Source: Candidatus Enterousia sp. (GTDB lineage: Bacteria > Pseudomonadota > Alphaproteobacteria > Rs-D84). Taken from it: a stretch of 10,259 nt of DNA. The DNA lies in the NCBI GenBank assembly GCA_045613785.1, contig JAZLBQ010000015.1, positions 1 through 10,259 on the forward strand, given 5' to 3'. Positions 1 through 7,154 of the stretch are shown here, piece by piece. The translations under genes were made by a program, and so were the position numbers. Numbering within the stretch: the stretch's first letter is position 1; each line of letters begins with the position of its first letter. The notes under the pieces are model-generated. The model searched no databases and was not told the DNA's origin. It saw nothing but the letters and a program-made list of their open reading frames with translations.

Positions 1-357
1 AAATGGATGGCATCACAATTCTGTCAGCCAATCTATGAAATGGTCATAACCGAGGCAATCGCCCGAGGATACCTGGAGGCACCAGGGTTCTTTTCAGATC
101 CATTTGTGCGTGCAGCATACCTGGGTGCGGAATGGATTGGGCCACCAAGGGGCCAGATTGACCAGTTGAAAGAAATACGTGCCGCAGCATATCGTGTGAA
201 TCTGGGCGTATCGACGTTGGAGGAAGAAACCGCACAGATAACTGGCGGATCATGGGAAACAAAACATATCCAACGTGCCAAGGAACACCAACTGCGGACC
301 GAGGCAGGACTTATAGAAACCACAACCATAGGAAATACACAAAATGAAGAAGATTGA
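1..357 (+). CDS. Phage portal protein, lambda gpB family (C-terminal fragment, 5' truncated by window)
   Basis: Frame is open from base 1 (KWMASQFCQPIYE...). FCQPIYE, W-x-GP-x-RGQID-x-LKE and GVSTLEEE match the C-terminus of lambda-family portals. It lies directly upstream of an S49 protease. Confidence 0.9.
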   Translation, partial: KWMASQFCQPIYEMVITEAIARGYLEAPGFFSDPFVRAAYLGAEWIGPPRGQIDQLKEIRAAAYRVNLGVSTLEEETAQITGGSWETKHIQRAKEHQLRTEAGLIETTTIGNTQNEED

Positions 358-1594
358 TTTGCAAAACGTGTCCAAACATTGGGCCATAGAACCGTCAGCT
401 TTGCAGTGTTTAAGAACAGATTTAAGTGAGCTCCAGTCGGGGCTTTCTTTATTTGCTCAAAAACCACTCGCACGCACATATACCAGCACCATACGAGATG
501 GTATTGCCGTTATTCCTGTGCATGGAATCATCACTGCACGCACCGACTTATTCACTTTTTTAATGGGTGGCACAGGCCTGGATATACTGGCACGAGATAT
601 CCAGACAGCATTGGACGATGATGATGTCAAAGGCATCATGCTGGACTTTGACAGCCCAGGTGGTGTTGCAGTTGGACCATCAGAAATGGCAGCGATAATC
701 CACAACGCAACCCTTTGGAAACCGGTATGGGCGTATGTGGGGCGTTCTTGCTGTTCGGCAGCATATTGGCTTGCATCAGCAACGGATCGCATAGTCGTAG
801 AAAAGACAGCGATGTTGGGCAGCATCGGTGTTGTATCCAGCGTGCCGGTTCAAGAATCAGCCGATGCAGATGGATATAAACAGATAGAGATAGTATCAAG
901 CAATGCCAAGAACAAGCGACCAGACCCACGCACACCTGAGGGATTAGACACAATCCGCAGCGAATTAGATGCGCTGGAATCTGAATTCATAGATGCGGTT
1001 GCAAATTATCGCAACGTATCTGTAGAAACGGTCAAATCTGACTTTGGCCAAGGCGGAGTTTTGATCGGCGATGCAGCAATCAATGCTGGCATGGCTGACA
1101 GTATGGGAACATACGAATCCACATTATACGAGCTTTCACAACAAACCAAAAAAGGAGAAAAAAACATGGACCCACAATCCATCACAGAAGAACAGATCGC
1201 CGCTTATCGTGCTGAGGGCGCAAAAGCGGAACGTGAACGTCTGTTGGCACTGGACGACATGATTGTCGCCGGACACGAGGATCTGTTGGCAAAAGCCAAA
1301 CTAGACCCGGAAATGACCGCTGAAAAGCTGGCCGTAGAAATTATCAAGGCAGAAAAAGCCAAAGGTAATGACTACCTGGCTGGGTTGAAGAAAGCAGAAG
1401 AAACTCTGCCAAATGTCACCCCAAGTGCCAAGGCAACAACAGCAGTTGGCGCAACACCAGAAGAACGTGCGGAAAACGAATGGAACAACAACCCAGATGT
1501 TCGGACAGAGTTCGGTGGCGATAAAGCCGCATTCTTTGCATTCCGTATCGCACAGGAAAACGAACAAATCAAAGTCTTAAAAAAAGAGGAATAA
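344..1594 (+). CDS. S49-family (SppA/ClpP-like) head maturation protease, lambda gpC-like, with C-terminal scaffold-like region
   Basis: Motifs GIAVIPVHG, LDFDSPGG, CSAAYWLASA (catalytic Ser region), GSIGVV and F-x-x-AVA-x-x-R. Charged helical C-terminus (EGAKAERERL). Lies between portal and capsid genes. Confidence 0.92.
   Translation: MKKIDLQNVSKHWAIEPSALQCLRTDLSELQSGLSLFAQKPLARTYTSTIRDGIAVIPVHGIITARTDLFTFLMGGTGLDILARDIQTALDDDDVKGIMLDFDSPGGVAVGPSEMAAIIHNATLWKPVWAYVGRSCCSAAYWLASATDRIVVEKTAMLGSIGVVSSVPVQESADADGYKQIEIVSSNAKNKRPDPRTPEGLDTIRSELDALESEFIDAVANYRNVSVETVKSDFGQGGVLIGDAAINAGMADSMGTYESTLYELSQQTKKGEKNMDPQSITEEQIAAYRAEGAKAERERLLALDDMIVAGHEDLLAKAKLDPEMTAEKLAVEIIKAEKAKGNDYLAGLKKAEETLPNVTPSAKATTAVGATPEERAENEWNNNPDVRTEFGGDKAAFFAFRIAQENEQIKVLKKEE
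1152..1157 (+). promoter_or_regulatory. Internal Shine-Dalgarno site for nested scaffold start
   Basis: AAGGAG followed by an A-rich 8-nt spacer and ATG 1166. Confidence 0.6.
1166..1594 (+). CDS. Putative nested in-frame scaffolding protein (lambda Nu3-like, 142 aa)
   Basis: AAGGAG at 1152-1157 lies 8 nt upstream of an in-frame ATG at 1166 (Met275, MDPQSITEEQ...), right after the protease domain. The product is acidic, Ala/Glu/Lys-rich and probably helical. Confidence 0.65.
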   Translation: MDPQSITEEQIAAYRAEGAKAERERLLALDDMIVAGHEDLLAKAKLDPEMTAEKLAVEIIKAEKAKGNDYLAGLKKAEETLPNVTPSAKATTAVGATPEERAENEWNNNPDVRTEFGGDKAAFFAFRIAQENEQIKVLKKEE

Positions 1595-1597
1595 GCA

Positions 1598-2044
1598 ATG
1601 GCAAAACTGACGGAAAACACAGTTCGCACATTTGAATCAAACGAAGACGTGAATACAGTCTTGGTTGCAGCAGGTGTGCATATCTTCCAAGGGGAATTCA
1701 TCGGAATCAACGGTGGCTATGCCCGACCATATGAAAAAGGCGACACAGTTGCAGGCTTTGCACTGGACGAAGTCGATAACACCGATGGTGACAACGGTGC
1801 TAAGACAGTCGATGTGCGAGGCCGTGGCAAGGTTTGCATTGAATTGCCAAACCTGAGCCAGGAATCATCAATCGGGGCAACGGTTTTAATCACCGAAGAC
1901 GGCGAATTATCAACAGAAACAGGTGTTGCCTGCTTTGGAAAAGTCTTGCGTTTAGAAGATCCAACCCACGCAATTGTTGGGTTTGATTTTATCTATCAGC
2001 AAGAAATCGCAATCGCAACAACATCACAAACAACAGAGGGATAA
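1598..2044 (+). CDS. Capsid decoration/cement protein (DUF2190-like beta-rich)
   Basis: 148 aa between protease and major capsid gene. Pattern V-x-AG-x-x-IFQG, GYARP, AGFA-x-x-x-VDNT-x-G-x-x-G-x-x-x-V-x-V and IGATV...D resembles the small proteins preceding Mu-like capsid genes. GAGGA RBS upstream. Confidence 0.7.
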   Translation: MAKLTENTVRTFESNEDVNTVLVAAGVHIFQGEFIGINGGYARPYEKGDTVAGFALDEVDNTDGDNGAKTVDVRGRGKVCIELPNLSQESSIGATVLITEDGELSTETGVACFGKVLRLEDPTHAIVGFDFIYQQEIAIATTSQTTEG

Positions 2045-2047
2045 CCC

Positions 2048-3004
2048 ATGAACAAACTTTCATCACGTGCCATAATTGGCGAATTTTTCAAGCGTTTGAA
2101 TGCTGACGATGGAATGGCCTGGATTGGGGCCATTTCTAATTACTTCACGTCCGACCAGGACACAGAAGAATATGCATGGATTGGTCAATCACCGGTCATG
2201 CGTGAATGGATCGGTGGCCGCCATGCCAAAGGGTTCACGTCAAACGGCATTTCAATCGAAAACAAACACTTTGAGGCAACAATTGACATTCCGGTCAAAC
2301 ACTTGCGCCGTGATAAAACCGGTCAGGTAAAGGTCCGTATTGGCGAATTGGCAACACGCACAAACAGCCACTGGGCATTGTTGTTGTCCAAACTGATTGA
2401 AAAAGGCGAAACAACACCATGCTATGATGGTCATTTCTTCTTCTCAGAAACACATAAAGAGGGGAAAAACGGTCAGCAGCAATCAAACAAGATTGAGTTT
2501 GACTTGGCCAAAGCAGCAATCAATGGCGAGGTAGGAACGGTTGATGGACCGACCGAGGCAGCATTGCGTGAGGCAATTCTGGCCGGTATCCAGCAAATCA
2601 TTGGATTCAAGGATAACCAGAACGAACCAATCAACGAAAACGCAACCAAGTTCTTGGTAATGGTGCCGGTAAATTACTGGTTCGTTGCCAAGGCTGCGTT
2701 GGCAGTTCCACTGTCCGTTGGCGGTGCGACCAATCCAGTAAAGGTTCTGGCAGATTTGGATATCGCAGTAGCGGCGAACCCACGTCTGACAGGTAATAAA
2801 TTCTATGTCTTCCGTGCAGATGGCGATGTGAAAGCATTCATCCGCCAGGAAGAAACAGCGGTCCAGGTAAAGGCAAAAGCTGAGGGGTCAGAATACGAAT
2901 TCGACCACGATGCACACCAGTATGGTGTCGATACCTGGCGTAACGTTGGATACGGTTACTGGCAACATGCGTGCCAGGTAACCCTGACAAAATCAGGTTC
3001 TTAA
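2048..3004 (+). CDS. Major capsid protein, Mu gpT-like
   Basis: 318 aa. Motifs E-x-YAWIG-x-x-P-x-MREWIG-x-R, I-x-NKHFEATI, CYDG-x-x-FFS-x-x-H, FIRQE and YGVD-x-x-x-NVGYG-x-WQ-x-A are typical of the Mu-like major head subunit family. Confidence 0.9.
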   Translation: MNKLSSRAIIGEFFKRLNADDGMAWIGAISNYFTSDQDTEEYAWIGQSPVMREWIGGRHAKGFTSNGISIENKHFEATIDIPVKHLRRDKTGQVKVRIGELATRTNSHWALLLSKLIEKGETTPCYDGHFFFSETHKEGKNGQQQSNKIEFDLAKAAINGEVGTVDGPTEAALREAILAGIQQIIGFKDNQNEPINENATKFLVMVPVNYWFVAKAALAVPLSVGGATNPVKVLADLDIAVAANPRLTGNKFYVFRADGDVKAFIRQEETAVQVKAKAEGSEYEFDHDAHQYGVDTWRNVGYGYWQHACQVTLTKSGS

Positions 3005-3008
3005 AACA

Positions 3009-3335
3009 ATGTTTAATTTTGATGACTTTGTGAACAGACCAGCGATGGAAATCTTTGGGCGGCCGGTAACGTACCGCCCAAAGAACACCGCACACGAACC
3101 GTTTGCGATCACAGGGGACTTCCACGAAAGTTTCATGGAAATCAACCTGAAAAACGCAGGTGCGGACATATCCAGTGCCAAGATTGTGCTGTTTGTGCGC
3201 CTGATAGATTTTCCAACGTATTACCCAGAACCACGTGCCGGCGACTATGTTGAGATATGGGAAATCAAATACCAGATAATCGACATAGAACACCATATCC
3301 CAGGGTCCAAGAAACTAATCCTACACGAAACATGA
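3009..3335 (+). CDS. Head-tail joining (head closure) protein, lambda gpFII-like
   Basis: 108 aa immediately after the capsid gene. FG-x-x-VTY-x-P, P-x-x-GD-x-V-x-I and Y-x-I-x-D fit the FII-like beta-barrel pattern. Confidence 0.7.
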   Translation: MFNFDDFVNRPAMEIFGRPVTYRPKNTAHEPFAITGDFHESFMEINLKNAGADISSAKIVLFVRLIDFPTYYPEPRAGDYVEIWEIKYQIIDIEHHIPGSKKLILHET

Positions 3336-3766
3336 CACATCCAAGAATAAACATCAGAACCGCAGTCGCAGAACACCTGAAACAGACATTTGCGAACACA
3401 TATACATCACGCAGCAAACCACTGTTTGACCAAGACCTGCCAGCGGTGTTGGTTTATACCAGCACGGAAACCATCAAAGAAGAACGATGGGACACAGACG
3501 GCCATGGGGATTTGACACGTGAACTGGAACTGTTTGTAGAGGCCGTTGATACCGCTAAAGATGACCTGGACGACAAACTGGACACGATGGCGGAACAGAT
3601 TGAAAACATGTTGGACGGTTGGGACGTGCCGAAAATGCGAAATGCCGTCCTGCGGTTTAAGACCACCGAAACTGACATGTCCATTGACGGTGCCAAGATA
3701 TATGGGGCAATCCGCTTGGGCTTTACACTGACCTATATGACCAAAACGCATAACAACGATGATTGA
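3332..3766 (+). CDS. Putative tail terminator / minor tail protein (lambda gpU-like)
   Basis: Start reassigned to ATG 3332 (ATGA overlap with the upstream stop; MTHPRINIRTAV...). Contains LPAVLVYT-x-x-E, acidic helix DDLDDKLD-x-x-AEQIE and a terminal beta strand (LGFTLTY). Lies between the head closure and baseplate genes. Confidence 0.65.
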   Translation: MTHPRINIRTAVAEHLKQTFANTYTSRSKPLFDQDLPAVLVYTSTETIKEERWDTDGHGDLTRELELFVEAVDTAKDDLDDKLDTMAEQIENMLDGWDVPKMRNAVLRFKTTETDMSIDGAKIYGAIRLGFTLTYMTKTHNNDD

Positions 3767-4265
3767 ACACGGACAAAAGATAAGCGACCTATACCGCCGA
3801 CTGAACAACATAATCCGCATTGGCAAAGTCAAAGACGTGAACTATGACACCGCCACAGCGACAGTTCAAATCGGCAAGATTACAACGGCATTTATGCCCT
3901 GGATGGTCCCCAGCACAGACACCTGGTTCCCACTTAAAACTGGCGAACAGGTGCTTGTGCTATCCCCCAATGGCGACCTATCTCGGGGCATAATATTGCC
4001 GGCCCTGTATCAAACGGCCAATCCTGCTCCAGGGACAGATAAGAATAAAATCCTAATCAACAAGGACATTGACCAGACCGGCAACATCACCACCACCGGA
4101 ACAGTAACAGCAGACAGCGACATCACAACCAGCGGTGCCATCACCGCATCTGGCGAGGTTGAGGGCAACGGCATCAAACTGTCCGCCCATACACACAATG
4201 TTCAATATGTCGGTGCCGGCCAAGGTGCAACACCACAAACCGCAACCACAGCAAAACCGAGTTAA
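3759..4265 (+). CDS. gpV: Baseplate central spike protein, P2 gpV-like
   Basis: RRLNNIIRIGKV, PW, GEQVLVLSPNGD...G-x-ILPALY (OB-fold region), a T/G-rich beta-helix repeat and C-terminal GIKLSAHTH (HxH metal-binding apex). Confidence 0.9.
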   Translation: MIEHGQKISDLYRRLNNIIRIGKVKDVNYDTATATVQIGKITTAFMPWMVPSTDTWFPLKTGEQVLVLSPNGDLSRGIILPALYQTANPAPGTDKNKILINKDIDQTGNITTTGTVTADSDITTSGAITASGEVEGNGIKLSAHTHNVQYVGAGQGATPQTATTAKPS

Positions 4266-4267
4266 CA

Positions 4268-4606
4268 ATGCAAGGAATGAACGTTCATACCGGACAGGCA
4301 ATCAGCGACCTGGAACATCTTGAACAGAGCATCAGGGACATACTGACCACCCCGATTGGGACACGTGTAATGCGCCGTGATTATGGCAGCAGACTGTTCC
4401 AACGCATAGATGCCCCAATGACCGGCAGTCTGATTGCAGAAATCTATTCAGACGTGGTTGAGGCACTGTTTAATTATGAACCCAGGTTCGAGGTAACAAA
4501 CGTATCCGTGGTATCGGCCACAGACGGCAAACTGATATTGAATTTAGAGGGCAAGTATCTGCCCACCGAAGAGAAAGTCCAGATTGGAGGCATAGTAATA
4601 TCATGA
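4268..4606 (+). CDS. gpW: Baseplate wedge protein, P2 gpW / T4 gp25-like
   Basis: GMN-x-x-TG, HLEQSIRDILTTPIGTRVMRRDYGS and EPR are the canonical gpW/gp25 signature. Confidence 0.95.
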   Translation: MQGMNVHTGQAISDLEHLEQSIRDILTTPIGTRVMRRDYGSRLFQRIDAPMTGSLIAEIYSDVVEALFNYEPRFEVTNVSVVSATDGKLILNLEGKYLPTEEKVQIGGIVIS

Positions 4607-5493
4607 CAGGAAACCAAGACACAATTGCAAACTTGCTGACCCCAGACCATGTGGATATGTCCCAGTTGACCCCACCGACCGTCATTGAAACGTTGTCGTT
4701 TGAAACGATCTTTCAGGAACTGTTGGCTGACTTTGTTGCCAAAAAGCCTGACTATGATGCACTCTTGGAAAGTGATCCTGCAATCATCGCCCTTGAATGC
4801 GCAGCATATCGGGAATTGTTGCTGCGCCAGCGAATAAACGAGGCTGCCAAATCCTGCATGTTGGCATATGCAACCGGAACAGACCTGGACAATCTGGCCG
4901 CATTCTATGGCATTGTGCGCCAGGCAGATGAAACTGATGAACGACTAAGATACCGAACCCAGCTGTCGCTTGAGGCATTCACAACAGCCGGATCAGAAAA
5001 ATCATATCTGTTCCACACACTAAGTGCCGATCCCAGGGTCAAATCAGCCAGCGTTCAAACACCATCAGACGGCAGAGTGCTGATAAGCATAATGTCCTAT
5101 GAGGACAACGGAACTGCCAGCGATGAACTGATAGAAATTGTTAATAAATACGTCAGTTCTGAAGACAAACGACCACTGACCGACCACGTAACAATACAGA
5201 GTGCCAAGCTGGAACAGTATAAAATCCAGGCAAAAATCTATATGTACTACAGCCCAAGTATGACTGTGACCGAACAAGAATGTCGTGCTGCGCTGGATAA
5301 ATATGTTGAAAAACATAGCACTATTGGAAACTACGTGGCCCGTTCGGGCATTTTTGATGCGCTGCATACCGAGGGTGTGCAAAAAGTCGTGCTGACATCA
5401 CCGGCGGCCGACATCGCAACAACCAAAGAACAGGCACCAGTTTGCACCGAAATAAACATAGAATTTGTAATCGCAGATGACACAAACCAATAA
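4603..5493 (+). CDS. gpJ: Baseplate assembly protein J, P2 gpJ-like
   Basis: D-x-SQL-x-PP-x-VIE-x-L-x-FE, LESDP, AYRELLLRQRINEAAK, LAYATGTDLDNLAA, TAG-x-x-x-x-Y-x-FH, RPLTD-x-V and GVQKV. Confidence 0.95.
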   Translation: MTGNQDTIANLLTPDHVDMSQLTPPTVIETLSFETIFQELLADFVAKKPDYDALLESDPAIIALECAAYRELLLRQRINEAAKSCMLAYATGTDLDNLAAFYGIVRQADETDERLRYRTQLSLEAFTTAGSEKSYLFHTLSADPRVKSASVQTPSDGRVLISIMSYEDNGTASDELIEIVNKYVSSEDKRPLTDHVTIQSAKLEQYKIQAKIYMYYSPSMTVTEQECRAALDKYVEKHSTIGNYVARSGIFDALHTEGVQKVVLTSPAADIATTKEQAPVCTEINIEFVIADDTNQ

Positions 5494-6025
5494 CATTTTG
5501 CCACCAAACGCAACCGAACTGCAAAGGGACATAGATACCGCCATCCAAAGGCGGTTTTCTTTGTTGGACACCAACGTGTTGCGCTGGCTGACCAATCCAG
5601 ACAAATGTCCGGCCGCAATCATACCGTGGCTTGCCTGGGCAATGTCGGTGGACGTATGGCACGCAGACTGGAACGACAGCACACAGCGAACGGTTATACG
5701 TGAAAGTGTGCAGGTTCACAAGATAAAGGGAACGTTGGGGTCATTAAAGCGTGCATTAGCGGCATTTGTCTTTGCGGACATCGTGATCGAAGAATGGTTT
5801 CAGTATGGCGGCAAACCCTACAACTTTCGTGTCTATGCGATATTTCGGGAAGACGGCCTGTCTATCACAGAATCTGAACTGATTCTAAGCACGATTATGC
5901 AGACCAAGAACCTGCGATCACATTTGGAATACTTCCGTCCCGAACTGGAAACCGATAATAACGTGCCAAAGGTTGGACTTGCCTTTGGACATTTAGAGAA
6001 AACAACCATATACCCAAGGGAATAA
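5477..6025 (+). CDS. gpI: Tail protein I, P2 gpI-like
   Basis: LPPNAT-x-L, NPDKCP-x-x-x-x-PWLAW-x-x-SVD-x-W, H-x-x-KGT, IEEWF and KNLRSHL. Confidence 0.95.
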   Translation: MTQTNNILPPNATELQRDIDTAIQRRFSLLDTNVLRWLTNPDKCPAAIIPWLAWAMSVDVWHADWNDSTQRTVIRESVQVHKIKGTLGSLKRALAAFVFADIVIEEWFQYGGKPYNFRVYAIFREDGLSITESELILSTIMQTKNLRSHLEYFRPELETDNNVPKVGLAFGHLEKTTIYPRE

Positions 6026-6026
6026 A

Positions 6027-7145
6027 ATGTCTGAATTCTTTTCAATTGTAACCGATCTGGGGCTGCAGAAACTGGCCGCATTACCGACTGGCGAAACATT
6101 AACCCTGACACATATGGCGTTCGGGAACAGCACCCTGGAACCAACCGCAGATATGACAGCACTGCACAGTGAACAATACCGGTGCGAACTGACCAAGGTC
6201 CAGGTGGACAAGATGGATAAAAACAACCTGGTAACCGAGGCGACTATTGAGGCAGACGTTGGTGGATTTTGGATCCGTGAAATCGGTATTTATGACGAAT
6301 TCGGGGACCTGTTCGCAGTGGGCAAATACCCAGCCACCTATAAGCCTCTTGAAACCGAGGGAACCGTTAAAGAACTGGGGGTGCGAATGATACTGCGTGT
6401 GTCCAATGCGGACAACGTAATCGTCACATACTACAAAGGCATCATTGACGGTGCGGCAAACACAGACCTGGACAACCTGACATTCGCAGGCCAGCAAAAG
6501 TTTGATGAAAAAGCACCGCTTGAATCACCGTCCTTGACCGGCACACCAACGGTGCCAACCGCCATCCAGGGCGACAACACAACACAGATTGCGAACACCG
6601 CATTCGTGGCAAGGGCTGTTTCAGCAGCAATAGAGGCATTGATGGGTGCTGCTCCTGATGCTCTGAACACCCTCCAGGAACTCGCAACTGCATTGGGAAA
6701 TGACGAAAACTTTGCAACAACAGTAACCAATGAAATCGCCAAGAAAGCAAACATCGCATCGCCAACATTCACCGGCACACCCAAAGCACCAACTGCAGCA
6801 GCCGGTACGAACACAACCCAGATTGCAACAACTGCATTCGTGACAGCTGCAGTATCGGTTGTGTCGCAGGCAATAACAACGGCTGTGAACAATTTGGTGG
6901 GTTCTGCCCCAGATGGTCTGAACACACTCCAAGAACTTGCAGCAGCAATCGGTAACGACACCGCATATTCAACAACGGTAACCAATGCGCTGGCGAATAA
7001 AGCAAACAAGACTGGCGACACTGTAACGGTGGCAAACGAAACACCGACATCAGCATTTACAACCAGAAACATCAAAGCACAAACCACAGACCCAGGGGCC
7101 GGCAGTTCGCTGACCACTGGGCAAATTTTACTGGTTTATGAATAA
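6027..7145 (+). CDS. gpH: Tail fibre protein, P2 gpH-like N-terminal baseplate-anchoring domain (DUF3751-like) plus two shaft repeats; no evident receptor-binding tip
   Basis: N-terminal T-x-x-G-x-x-KLA, GGFWIREIGIYD-x-x-G-x-LFAV, P-x-TYKP-x-x-x-EG. Shaft motifs SP-x-x-TGTP-x-x-PT...NTTQIA-x-TAFV and APD-x-LNTLQELA-x-A-x-GND each occur twice. Follows gpI. Confidence 0.9.
   Translation: MSEFFSIVTDLGLQKLAALPTGETLTLTHMAFGNSTLEPTADMTALHSEQYRCELTKVQVDKMDKNNLVTEATIEADVGGFWIREIGIYDEFGDLFAVGKYPATYKPLETEGTVKELGVRMILRVSNADNVIVTYYKGIIDGAANTDLDNLTFAGQQKFDEKAPLESPSLTGTPTVPTAIQGDNTTQIANTAFVARAVSAAIEALMGAAPDALNTLQELATALGNDENFATTVTNEIAKKANIASPTFTGTPKAPTAAAGTNTTQIATTAFVTAAVSVVSQAITTAVNNLVGSAPDGLNTLQELAAAIGNDTAYSTTVTNALANKANKTGDTVTVANETPTSAFTTRNIKAQTTDPGAGSSLTTGQILLVYE
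6510..6998 (+). repeat. Two tandem intragenic shaft repeats in tail fibre (78 aa at 6510-6743; 85 aa at 6744-6998)
   Basis: KAPLESPSLTGTPTVPT...LNTLQELATALGNDENFATTVTNEIAK versus KANIASPTFTGTPKAPT...LNTLQELAAAIGNDTAYSTTVTNALAN. Copy 2 has a 7-aa insertion. Confidence 0.9.
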
Positions 7146-7154
7146 GGAAAAACA

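Noticed and set aside
1577-1594. Slippery run TTA AAA AAA GAG at the end of the protease gene as a programmed frameshift
   Set aside because: The downstream gene is in the same frame, so a shift would not fuse them. The A-run is explained as the A-rich lead-in to the next RBS.
3257-3331. ORF-track start of the tail terminator gene at 3257
   Set aside because: It would overlap the upstream gene by 79 nt. ATG 3332 forms a typical ATGA coupled junction.
6431-7117. 228-aa minus-strand ORF (and the other minus-strand ORFs in the track)
   Set aside because: Antisense shadows of well-supported plus-strand genes. The Thr/Ala-rich codons give few reverse stops, and the translations show no recognisable motifs.
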